A stretch of 32,000 nt of DNA from Erysipelotrichaceae bacterium MTC7 (GTDB lineage Bacteria; Bacillota_I; Bacilli_A; Erysipelotrichales; Erysipelotrichaceae): contig LVZN01000016.1 of assembly GCA_001695645.1 (NCBI GenBank), positions 1 to 32,000 of the forward strand. Direction: 5' to 3'. Each line of letters begins with the position of its first letter. The stretch's first letter is position 1. Under the pieces are notes generated by a model. That model searched no databases. It saw only the letters and a list, made by a program, of their open reading frames with translations, and was not told where the DNA came from. Of this stretch, positions 16,240 to 24,747 are shown piece after piece. The position numbers and the translations under genes were made by a program.

Positions 16240-18484
16240 ATACTTGAAAAAGTATTGGTGGATGCTGTTACTTGTAGTTGGTTTATTATACGGACAAGCA
16301 CAAGCGGAATTGGCACTACCTGACTATATGAGTGAAATTATCAGCAACGGGATTCAATCCGGAGGTTTTAATAGTAGTGTACCAGAAATGATGAGTAAAG
16401 ATAGTTATGATCATACTTTGATTTTTATGGATGATAAAGATGCAAAAATTATGGAAGATAGTTATTCGTATATTCCGTTTGCAGACATTAAAAATGATGA
16501 ACTTCCAGAAGCGATTGATTTATCAAATAAAAGTGTCATTAAAGATAGTGGTATTTATGTATTGAACGATTTGAGTTCAACAAAATTTAAGCAGTTACAA
16601 AAAGTGATGGATGTTCCATTTTTGATGGTAAATGGAATGGAAAGCATCGGTCAAGGGGATACAAGTTTTATCTCTAAAGATCAAGCAAACCAAATGCAAG
16701 AAGTTATGGACAAATTACCAGAAGGGATGACCATCTTCGATGCCTTGCAAATGCAACCAAAAGAAGAAACTTTAAAAATGGTGGATGAGCAAAAAAGCAA
16801 ACTTGAAGAACTTGGTGATGTTGCAAGTATGTCCATGGTAAAAGGTGAATACGAACGCTTGGGTGTAAATACACAACGCGTGCAAAACAACTACATCTTT
16901 TCGACGGGAATTAAAATGTTAGCCATTTCTTTAGGTGGTGTGTTATGTGCGATTATGGTTGGCTTCTTTGCAAGTCTAATTGGTAATGGTGTTGCTCGTC
17001 GTATGCGTCAAGATGTCTTTGAAAAAGTCGAAAGCTTTTCAAACGAAGAGTTTAACAAGTTTTCAACAGCTAGTTTAATTACACGTACAACCAATGATAT
17101 TCAACAAATTCAAATGGTTCTTGTTATGGGAATGCGAATGATTATTTATTCACCAATTTTAGCTTTTGGTGCCATCATGCGTGTTCTAAATGATGGCTCT
17201 GGACTCATTTGGATTATTGTCCTTGTTGTTGTCGTAATCTTGGCGATCATGGTTGTAACTTTCGCAATCGCTGGACCGAAATTTAAAATTGTTCAAAAGT
17301 TAATCGATAAAATCAACTTAGTCATGCGTGAAGATTTGAGTGGAATGTTGGTCATTCGTGCTTTCCATACGGAAACATATGAAGAAGCAAGAATGGAAAA
17401 AGCAAACCGGGATCAAATGAAGGTACAATTATTTACGGGACGTACCATTGCCATAGTTATGCCATTGGTTCAATTTGTCTTTAGTGCATCAACATTATTA
17501 ATTGTATGGGTATCTGCCCAACAAATTGATTTAGGTAACATGCAAATTGGACAAATGATTGCCTTTATGCAATATGCTATGCAAATTATCATGTCATTTA
17601 TGATGATTGCGATGATTTCAATTATGCTTCCAAGAGCAAGTGCTTCTGCAGATCGTGTCTTTGAAGTTATCAATACAAAATTGAACATTCAAGATCCAAG
17701 TACACCTGAAACATTTGATACCAATGAAAAAGGATATGTCGAATTTAAAAACGTTTCATTCCGTTACCCAGGTGCGGAAGAAGATGTTTTACATGACATT
17801 AGTTTTGTGGCTAAGCCAAGACAAACAACAGCGTTTATTGGTAGTACTGGATCAGGGAAAAGTACAATTGTGAATTTGATTCCACGTTTCTTTGATACCA
17901 CAAGTGGTTCAATTAAAGTAGATGGTATGAACATTAAAGATGTAAAACAAACAGACTTACGAGAAAAAATTGGATTGGTTCCACAAAAAGGAGTTTTATT
18001 CTCAGGAACCATTGAAAGTAATATTAAATATAGTGATGAGCAAATGAGTGATGAACAAATGCAACTTGCTGCTGATGTAGCGCAAGCTACAGAATTCATT
18101 TCACAAAAACCAGAAGGATTCCAAAGTGAAATCGCACAAGGTGGAACTAACGTATCCGGAGGACAAAAACAAAGAATTTCAATTGCAAGAGCAGTTGCAA
18201 AAAACCCAGAGATTTACATCTTTGATGATAGTTTTAGTGCCTTAGACTTTAAGACAGATGCAACCGTACGTGAAGCGTTAAACAAACTTGTTGAGAAAAC
18301 AGGAAGTACGATTCTTGTGGTTGCGCAAAGAATATCTTCAATTATGCAAGCAGATCAAATCGTCGTGCTTGATGAAGGTCGCATTGTTGCAAAAGGAACA
18401 CATGACGAACTGATGGCTTCATGTGAGGTATATCAAGAAATTGCCTATTCACAATTAAGTAAGGAGGAGCTAGAAAATGAGTAA
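16223..18484 (+). CDS. ABC exporter half-transporter (TMD-NBD), degenerate-site subunit (TM287/LmrC/BmrC-like)
   Basis: Walker A GSTGSGKST and signature VSGGQKQRISIARA. Walker B is IYIFDDSFSALD, with Asp in place of the catalytic Glu. I prefer ATG 16223 (MIKTFKYLKKYWW, AAAGGAA SD). Overlaps the marR stop. Confidence 0.88.
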   Translation: MIKTFKYLKKYWWMLLLVVGLLYGQAQAELALPDYMSEIISNGIQSGGFNSSVPEMMSKDSYDHTLIFMDDKDAKIMEDSYSYIPFADIKNDELPEAIDLSNKSVIKDSGIYVLNDLSSTKFKQLQKVMDVPFLMVNGMESIGQGDTSFISKDQANQMQEVMDKLPEGMTIFDALQMQPKEETLKMVDEQKSKLEELGDVASMSMVKGEYERLGVNTQRVQNNYIFSTGIKMLAISLGGVLCAIMVGFFASLIGNGVARRMRQDVFEKVESFSNEEFNKFSTASLITRTTNDIQQIQMVLVMGMRMIIYSPILAFGAIMRVLNDGSGLIWIIVLVVVVILAIMVVTFAIAGPKFKIVQKLIDKINLVMREDLSGMLVIRAFHTETYEEARMEKANRDQMKVQLFTGRTIAIVMPLVQFVFSASTLLIVWVSAQQIDLGNMQIGQMIAFMQYAMQIIMSFMMIAMISIMLPRASASADRVFEVINTKLNIQDPSTPETFDTNEKGYVEFKNVSFRYPGAEEDVLHDISFVAKPRQTTAFIGSTGSGKSTIVNLIPRFFDTTSGSIKVDGMNIKDVKQTDLREKIGLVPQKGVLFSGTIESNIKYSDEQMSDEQMQLAADVAQATEFISQKPEGFQSEIAQGGTNVSGGQKQRISIARAVAKNPEIYIFDDSFSALDFKTDATVREALNKLVEKTGSTILVVAQRISSIMQADQIVVLDEGRIVAKGTHDELMASCEVYQEIAYSQLSKEELENE

Positions 18485-20390
18485 CGAACAACCAAAACAA
18501 AGAAAAGCTCCCCAAATGGGATTTGGTCGTGGTGGACACGGTCATGGTGCACCTGGTGAAAAAGCAAAAGACTTTAAAAAAGCTGTTCGCCAGTTGATTA
18601 GTTATGTCTCTGAGTATAAAGTTCGCTTAATTGTCATTATGATTTTTGCGATCTTAAGTATGGTGTTTGTCATTGTAGGACCTAAGATTTTAGGAGAAGC
18701 AACCGACTTGTTGGTTACCGGAATTGGTAACAAGATGTCAGGTAAAGGTGGCATCGATTTTGATGGCATCCTTGAAATTATTGTGAAGTTACTGGGTATG
18801 TACTTGTTTAGTGCTCTTTGTAATTACATTCAAGGGTTTATGATGACGGGAATGACACAAAAAATTGCGTATAACTTACGTAATGAAATTTCAGCAAAAA
18901 TCAACCGTTTACCACTTTCGTATTTTGATACAACAAGCCAAGGTGATGTATTGAGTCGTGTAACAAACGATGTGGATACCTTATCGCAAGGACTTCAACA
19001 ATCAGTCACAAACTTAATTACATCAATTATTCAAGTGGTTGGATACGCAATTATGATGTTTAGTGTTTCGTGGATGATGACGATTGTCGCGTTACTTGTC
19101 TTACCATTTTCAGCAATTATTATCATGTTGATAACGAAACGTTCGCAACCACTATTCTTCGCCCAACAACAATCACTTGGTGCTTTGAATGGTCATGTTG
19201 AAGAAATGTATGGTGGACACATGATTGTGAAAGCTTTCAACGGTGAAGAAGACAGTGTTGAACAATTCAAAGTGTATAATGATCAATTGTATAAATCTGG
19301 ATGGAAATCTCAATTCCTAAGTGGATTGATGATGCCAGTTACACAATTCATTGGAAATATTGGGTATGTACTTGTATGTTTAGTTGGTGGATACTTAAGT
19401 GTCAATCCAACTGTCAGCATTTTGGGGCTTACAATCACTGGTGTTGGAATTTCTATTGGTGGAATTCAATCCTTTATCCAGTATGTACGCTCATTTAACC
19501 AACCAATTAGTCAAATGGCGCAAATTATGAATCAACTGCAATCTGCTGCTGCTGCTAGTGAACGTGTCTTCCAATTCTTAGATGAAAAAGAAATGGAACC
19601 TGATACTGCAAATCCAGTTGAAATCTACGATGATAAAGGAAACATTATCATTCCAAGCACAGTAACATTTGATAACGTAAAATTTGGATATACACCAGAT
19701 AAAATCATTATCAATGACTTTAGTTTACGTGTAGGTGACGGACAAAAAGTTGCTATCGTTGGTCCAACTGGAGCAGGGAAAACAACCATTGTGAAGCTCT
19801 TGATGCGTTTCTATGAAGTGAATGGTGGTGGAATCTACGTTGGTGATCATAATATTGATGACTATCGACGTGCAGATTTACGAAGTATGTTTGGAATGGT
19901 ATTGCAAGATGCTTGGTTGTTTAGTGGTACTGTCATGGATAACTTACGCTATGCTAAACTTGATGCAACAGATGAAGAAGTTTACGCAGCAAGTAAAGCG
20001 GCACGTGTGGATCACTTTGTGAAAACATTGGATAATGGATATGAAACGATGTTGGATGAAGAAACAAGCAACATCTCACAAGGTCAAAAACAGTTGTTGA
20101 CCATCGCGCGAGCTTTCTTAGCAGATCCAAATATATTAATTCTTGATGAAGCAACAAGCAATGTGGATACACGTACGGAAGTGCTGATCCAAGAAGGTAT
20201 GGATGAATTGATGAAAGGTCGAACAAGTTTTGTTATTGCGCATAGACTATCTACGATTCGTAACGCTGATGTAATCATCGTTATGGATAAAGGAGACATC
20301 GTGGAAATTGGTGACCATGATGAACTGCTTGCAAAAGATGGATTCTACGCAAAATTATACAATGCACAATTCGAAGAGGGAGAAGAATAA
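18477..20390 (+). CDS. ABC exporter half-transporter (TMD-NBD), consensus-site subunit (TM288/LmrD/BmrD-like)
   Basis: Walker A GPTGAGKTT, canonical Walker B ILILDEATSNVD, and non-canonical signature ISQGQKQLLTIARA. ATGA overlap with the upstream gene. Confidence 0.9.
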   Translation: MSNEQPKQRKAPQMGFGRGGHGHGAPGEKAKDFKKAVRQLISYVSEYKVRLIVIMIFAILSMVFVIVGPKILGEATDLLVTGIGNKMSGKGGIDFDGILEIIVKLLGMYLFSALCNYIQGFMMTGMTQKIAYNLRNEISAKINRLPLSYFDTTSQGDVLSRVTNDVDTLSQGLQQSVTNLITSIIQVVGYAIMMFSVSWMMTIVALLVLPFSAIIIMLITKRSQPLFFAQQQSLGALNGHVEEMYGGHMIVKAFNGEEDSVEQFKVYNDQLYKSGWKSQFLSGLMMPVTQFIGNIGYVLVCLVGGYLSVNPTVSILGLTITGVGISIGGIQSFIQYVRSFNQPISQMAQIMNQLQSAAAASERVFQFLDEKEMEPDTANPVEIYDDKGNIIIPSTVTFDNVKFGYTPDKIIINDFSLRVGDGQKVAIVGPTGAGKTTIVKLLMRFYEVNGGGIYVGDHNIDDYRRADLRSMFGMVLQDAWLFSGTVMDNLRYAKLDATDEEVYAASKAARVDHFVKTLDNGYETMLDEETSNISQGQKQLLTIARAFLADPNILILDEATSNVDTRTEVLIQEGMDELMKGRTSFVIAHRLSTIRNADVIIVMDKGDIVEIGDHDELLAKDGFYAKLYNAQFEEGEE

Positions 20391-20406
20391 CCTTCTATAT
20401 ATGATG

Positions 20407-20434
20407 AAACTCCGTAGAAATACGGGGTTTTTTA
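20407..20434 (+). terminator. rho-independent terminator
   Basis: AAACTCCGTA / TACGGGGTTT stem with a GAAA loop, followed by a T-run. Confidence 0.8.
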
Positions 20435-20482
20435 TATTCATACCAATCATTATATAAAAATAAACATATTATCATTATGATA

Positions 20483-20510
20483 TTGACATTCAATAGAAAT
20501 AACTTATAAT
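20483..20510 (+). promoter_or_regulatory. near-consensus sigma-A promoter with no ORF behind it
   Basis: TTGACA (20483..20488), 16-nt spacer, TATAAT (20505..20510). Confidence 0.65.
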
Positions 20511-20516
20511 TTAATT

Positions 20517-20625
20517 AAGGATATAGTTATCTTGCTATTAGGGAAGGGATGTAATTATATACCTACCGATCTTTGCCAAAAGATCCTTACCGAGAAAAGG
20601 GTGGAATATGTTCCACCCTTTTCAT
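20517..20625 (+). ncRNA. candidate ~105-nt structured small RNA (unknown family)
   Basis: Bounded by the promoter above and a terminator (AAAAGGGTGGAA-tatg-TTCCACCCTTTT, 20595..20622). Hairpin 1 pairs 20518..20529 with 20552..20564 (12 bp, one bulge). Hairpin 2 is GATCTTT-gcca-AAAGATC (20568..20585). TACCGA repeats flank hairpin 2. Confidence 0.45.
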
Positions 20626-20672
20626 ATGTTTGGAACTGAGTGGTCTATTCTTTACTTTTTTTTGTGTGCAAA

Positions 20673-20681
20673 TGGTATAAT
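20673..20681 (+). promoter_or_regulatory. extended -10 promoter (TGgTATAAT) abutting the recG start codon
   Basis: TG at 20673..20674 and TATAAT at 20676..20681. Only 6 nt (ACAGAT) separate the -10 from the recG ATG at 20688. Confidence 0.5.
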
Positions 20682-20687
20682 ACAGAT

Positions 20688-22679
20688 ATGGATTTAAAAG
20701 CGATAAAAGTTACACCTAAGAAAAAAGAAATATTACATCAAATGGGTATCGAAAGTGTGGAAGAGTTACTTGTACACTACCCGTTTCGTTATGAAGATCA
20801 AAACGTAAAGCCTTTTGCTGATTGGAAGTTGGAAGAAAAGGTCTTTTTTTCGTGCACGATTATTAACCAAGCGAAAGTTCAATATTTTGGTGGACGTAGA
20901 AGTGTAACACGCTTCAAGGTGCTATATGACGAGGAAGAACTAAGCTTATCCCTTTTTAATCGACCTTGGATTTCAGCTTTTCGCGTGGGGAATGTGATTA
21001 CTGTTTCAGGAAAATATGAAGGTAATGGGAAAGTGCTAGTTATGTCATATAATTCACAACCGATTGAGGAACAATTGGGAATTATTCCCGTGTATAATAC
21101 AAAGGATGGCCTATCACAAAAGGATTTACGCAAATACTTAAGTCATGCATTAGAAGCGTGTTCGTTGACGGAGTTTGTTCCAGATGGTTTAAAGCAAATG
21201 TATCAGTTGGTCGCACGAAGCAAAGCGCTTCATGACATACACTTTCCTAGTTCGTATGATGCGGTAAAGCAAGCAGTGCGCTATTTAAAATATGAAGAAT
21301 TCTTGAAGTTTCAGTTAACGATTCAATACTATAAATCAAAACATATGGAAAAGAGTAAAGAGGCAAAGCAATTTGAGCAAACAGAAATTGATGCTCTTAT
21401 AACATCTTTACCATATAACTTAACCGACGATCAAAACCAAGCAATCACAGATGTGCTAGATGATATGAAGTCAAATCATATCATGTATCGTTTGGTCCAA
21501 GGAGATGTTGGTAGTGGGAAAACGATTGTGGCTACCATCGCTATGTATGCAAATACACTTGCAGGAAAACAAGCTGCACTATTAGCACCAACGGAAATAC
21601 TGGCAAAGCAACACTACGCAAATATTCAAAAGGTACTTGCTCCTTTGGGGATACGCATAGGCTTGCTGTATTCCGCACTGTCATCAAAAGAAAAGAATGA
21701 ACGGATCCACGAGATGGCAAGTGGTCAACTCGATTGTCTTGTTGGTACGCATGCACTGTTTCAAGAAGCAGTAAACTATAAGAACTTGGGACTGGTGATT
21801 GCGGATGAACAACATCGCTTTGGTGTGCAACAGCGTCGAAAACTGATTGAAAAAGGAAATGATGTAGATTTTCTTTTAATGAGTGCAACACCGATTCCGC
21901 GTACGCTTGCAACATCGCTGTATGGAGATATGGATGTAAGCAGTATTGAGCAAATGCCAGCAGGAAGAAAACCATCCATTACGACATTAATCAAGGAAAG
22001 CAGCATTCGCAGTATCATGGGTGAACTAAAAGCATTGTTAGATGCAAAAAATCAATGTTATATTGTTTGTCCAGCAATTGAAAAAAACAACGATTTCAAA
22101 TTACGTAATGTAGAAGAAATTTATCATAATTTACTGCCCGTTCTAGGGAAGACGTATCGCTTGGATTACTTGCATGGGAAAATGAGTAGTGAGCAAAAAG
22201 ACGACATTATGCAACAATTTAAAAACAAAGAAATTGATATTCTAATTTCTACAAGTGTGATTGAGGTTGGTGTGGATGTTCCAGATGCGAACGTGATGAT
22301 TATTTATGATGCAGAACGATTTGGCTTGAGTCAAATTCATCAACTTCGTGGTCGTATTGGACGTGCTGGTGGACAAGGGTATTGTTATTTATTATCAAAC
22401 AGCAAAGATCCAGACAGTTTGCGACGCCTGGAAATCCTGTGTGAAAGTAACGATGGCTTTGAAATCGCAAAACAAGATTTAATGATCCGAGGACCAGGTG
22501 ATTTACTGGGAAGTAGACAAAGTGGGATTCCTGGATTTATTCTTGGGGATGTCATTATGGATGAGAATATATTAGAAGTGGCAAAGAAAGATGCACTGAC
22601 TCTTTTAGAGAACTTAGACAAGTATCCAATCATCGCCGCTTACGTAGAGGAAAAAGAATACACAAGTACCATGGATTAG
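20688..22679 (+). CDS. recG: ATP-dependent DNA helicase RecG
   Basis: GDVGSGKT, DEQHRFG, TPIPRTL and QLRGRIGR motifs. The N-terminus MDLKAIKV...YPFRYED aligns with typical RecG starts. The track's 16-aa N-terminal extension from GTG 20640 is hydrophobic and unlikely. Confidence 0.92.
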   Translation: MDLKAIKVTPKKKEILHQMGIESVEELLVHYPFRYEDQNVKPFADWKLEEKVFFSCTIINQAKVQYFGGRRSVTRFKVLYDEEELSLSLFNRPWISAFRVGNVITVSGKYEGNGKVLVMSYNSQPIEEQLGIIPVYNTKDGLSQKDLRKYLSHALEACSLTEFVPDGLKQMYQLVARSKALHDIHFPSSYDAVKQAVRYLKYEEFLKFQLTIQYYKSKHMEKSKEAKQFEQTEIDALITSLPYNLTDDQNQAITDVLDDMKSNHIMYRLVQGDVGSGKTIVATIAMYANTLAGKQAALLAPTEILAKQHYANIQKVLAPLGIRIGLLYSALSSKEKNERIHEMASGQLDCLVGTHALFQEAVNYKNLGLVIADEQHRFGVQQRRKLIEKGNDVDFLLMSATPIPRTLATSLYGDMDVSSIEQMPAGRKPSITTLIKESSIRSIMGELKALLDAKNQCYIVCPAIEKNNDFKLRNVEEIYHNLLPVLGKTYRLDYLHGKMSSEQKDDIMQQFKNKEIDILISTSVIEVGVDVPDANVMIIYDAERFGLSQIHQLRGRIGRAGGQGYCYLLSNSKDPDSLRRLEILCESNDGFEIAKQDLMIRGPGDLLGSRQSGIPGFILGDVIMDENILEVAKKDALTLLENLDKYPIIAAYVEEKEYTSTMD

Positions 22680-22708
22680 GGTATACTTGAGTCAAAGAGG
22701 TGAAAACG

Positions 22709-23392
22709 ATGAATCCAATATTTAAATGGCTTGATGATCATGAGATTCCTTATACAAACAAGGATATTATTTTACAAGCATGTGTCCATACATCGTATTT
22801 GAATGAACACGCAGAATTACCAGGAGATAATGAACGTTTGGAATTTATGGGTGATGCAGTGTTGCAACTGTGGACAACAAATTTATTGTTTCATCATGAA
22901 CCAATGTTGAATGAAGGTCAAATGACAACCCTTCGTTCACAATTGGTTCGTGAGGAAGCGTTAGCAGAATACTCAAAGGAACTCGGGTGGGATCAGTTTT
23001 TACTACTTGGAGTTGGTGAGGAAAAATCAGGTGGTAGAGAAAGAAATTCTTTATTATGTGATTTGTTTGAAGCCATTTTAGGAGCAATCTATATTGATTG
23101 TGGGTATGTTCATGTAGCAAAAATCTTACAAGAAGTGATTCCCAAGTATGTAGATGCACCAAAAGCAGATGAAGTTGTTGATTATAAAACTAAACTTCAA
23201 GAATGCATCCAAGCGGATACAAGACAAACGGTTACCTACCATTTATTAAAAAGTACAGGTCCAAGCAACAATCCCCATTTTGAAATGGAAGTGCGCATGG
23301 ATACTATTGTACTTGGTAAAGGTAGTGGACCTAGTAAAAAGAAAGCAGAGCAAGCGGCAGCTAAGGATGCATTTCTTAAGGTCGCACGCTAG
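22709..23392 (+). CDS. rnc: ribonuclease III
   Basis: ERLEFMGDAVL signature and a C-terminal dsRBD (KTKLQE...GPSKKKAEQAAAKDA). ATG 22709 lies 8 nt after GAGG, so I prefer it to the GTG at 22700. Confidence 0.9.
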   Translation: MNPIFKWLDDHEIPYTNKDIILQACVHTSYLNEHAELPGDNERLEFMGDAVLQLWTTNLLFHHEPMLNEGQMTTLRSQLVREEALAEYSKELGWDQFLLLGVGEEKSGGRERNSLLCDLFEAILGAIYIDCGYVHVAKILQEVIPKYVDAPKADEVVDYKTKLQECIQADTRQTVTYHLLKSTGPSNNPHFEMEVRMDTIVLGKGSGPSKKKAEQAAAKDAFLKVAR

Positions 23393-24640
23393 ATGAAGAT
23401 ATTGATTGTATGCCAACTTTTACTTTCTTTGCTTGGTTTTCAAGAACCAAACAACCAACAAGTACCTACCATTTCTAATTTTGAGGAAACAATAACTCCG
23501 GTGTCAGTTGAAGCGGATTATGCTGTCGTATATAACGTAGAAAACGAAGTTACGTTGTATGATAAAGAAGCTGATGCAACGATCTATCCAGCAAGCATGA
23601 CTAAAATTATGACTGCGATCGTAGCTATGGATAAAATCGAGGATATGCAAGCAATGATAACCATGAGTGAACAAGCCTGGGCTGGACTTGTTGAAGCTAA
23701 TGCAAGTGTGGCAAATTTTCCAGTAGGAGCACAAGTCACGTATAAAGATCTATTAGCTGGTTTGCTGTTGCCTAGTGGTGCGGATGCAGCCAATCAACTT
23801 GCCATAAGTCTATATGGTAGTCAAGCAGCTATGGTTGATGCGATGAATGCAAAAGCTAAAGAACTTCATTTACAAGTGACACACTTTGAAAACACAACGG
23901 GTTTGCATGATCCAAAGCATGTAAGTACTGTGTATGAAATGGCACAAATACTAACACATGCCTGTACCATACCAGAACTGAAGACCATGATGTCAACCAG
24001 GCAATACGAGATTGATTACCTTCACTTAATTTTACATAGCACGCTTGGTGAAATGGAAAATGAACTACAAGTAACCAACTTGTTAATCGATGGTGGAAAA
24101 ACTGGATATACACCAGAAGCTGGTGTATGTTTAGCAAGCTTTCATGATAGTGAAGATGGTATGATGATTGCGGTTGTTGCCCATGTAGATGAAAATCATC
24201 GTCCTGCAATTGTGCAGGCAAGTCAACAATTGTATCAATATGTTGATGATACCTATTCACGCGTAACGCTTTTTGAAAAAGGAAAAGTCTTTAAAAAAGT
24301 GGATGTTCGCTATAGCTTTACGAAACGTGTTGGCTTAATGGTTGATGAATCGGTATCGGTCCTTGTGGCAAATCATCAAGAACCAGAAATTGATTATAAA
24401 ATTGAGCAACGTTATGATGCGCCTATTAAACTAGGTGAAACAATGGGGATGTTGCGCGTTCAAGTAGCCGGACAAGAAGCGTTGCATGTACCTATAGTCG
24501 CAGCAAATGCCACAAAGTTTAGTGTATTTGCTTTTATTTTGTACTATGTACAAAGCTATTGGTACCTTGTGGTTTTACTTCTTGCAATTGTTGTGGGAAG
24601 TATCGTATATATAATGAAACAAAAGAAACATAACGTCTAA
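23393..24640 (+). CDS. D-alanyl-D-alanine carboxypeptidase (S11, PBP5/DacB-like) with C-terminal membrane anchor
   Basis: SxxK (PASMTKIMT), KTG (GGKTGYT) and a hydrophobic C-terminal helix. The start ATG directly follows the rnc TAG. Confidence 0.85.
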   Translation: MKILIVCQLLLSLLGFQEPNNQQVPTISNFEETITPVSVEADYAVVYNVENEVTLYDKEADATIYPASMTKIMTAIVAMDKIEDMQAMITMSEQAWAGLVEANASVANFPVGAQVTYKDLLAGLLLPSGADAANQLAISLYGSQAAMVDAMNAKAKELHLQVTHFENTTGLHDPKHVSTVYEMAQILTHACTIPELKTMMSTRQYEIDYLHLILHSTLGEMENELQVTNLLIDGGKTGYTPEAGVCLASFHDSEDGMMIAVVAHVDENHRPAIVQASQQLYQYVDDTYSRVTLFEKGKVFKKVDVRYSFTKRVGLMVDESVSVLVANHQEPEIDYKIEQRYDAPIKLGETMGMLRVQVAGQEALHVPIVAANATKFSVFAFILYYVQSYWYLVVLLLAIVVGSIVYIMKQKKHNV

Positions 24641-24680
24641 AAGAAAGTGCATCTACGGATGGATTTTCTTTTCTTATTTT
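24639..24680 (+). terminator. AU-rich hairpin terminator
   Basis: 24639..24653 pairs with 24658..24672 (14 pairs, one G/G mismatch, loop TACG), then CTTATTTT. Confidence 0.5.
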
Positions 24681-24693
24681 GGCGGTGTCCACT

Positions 24694-24721
24694 TTCAAAT
24701 ACGCAGTGAGTTTGCTATAAT
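24694..24721 (+). promoter_or_regulatory. candidate polC promoter
   Basis: TTCAAA (24694..24699), 16-nt spacer, TATAAT (24716..24721). Confidence 0.5.
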
Positions 24722-24747
24722 GAAAGACAGAAATCGGTGGTAGGAAT

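Noticed and set aside
20608-20697. 29-aa hydrophobic ORF (MFHPFHMFGTEWSILYFFLCANGIIQIWI) starting in the loop of the sRNA terminator; considered as a type I toxin with a sequestered SD
   Set aside because: Translation would require read-through of a strong terminator. The ORF runs across the recG promoter and start codon. There is no charged tail and no obvious antisense partner. I kept it only as a weak alternative reading of the sRNA locus.
21541-21975. 144-aa minus-strand ORF inside recG
   Set aside because: It is antisense to the helicase core motifs (DEQH, TPIPRT). Its composition is His/Leu/Val/Ser/Gln-rich with no SD.
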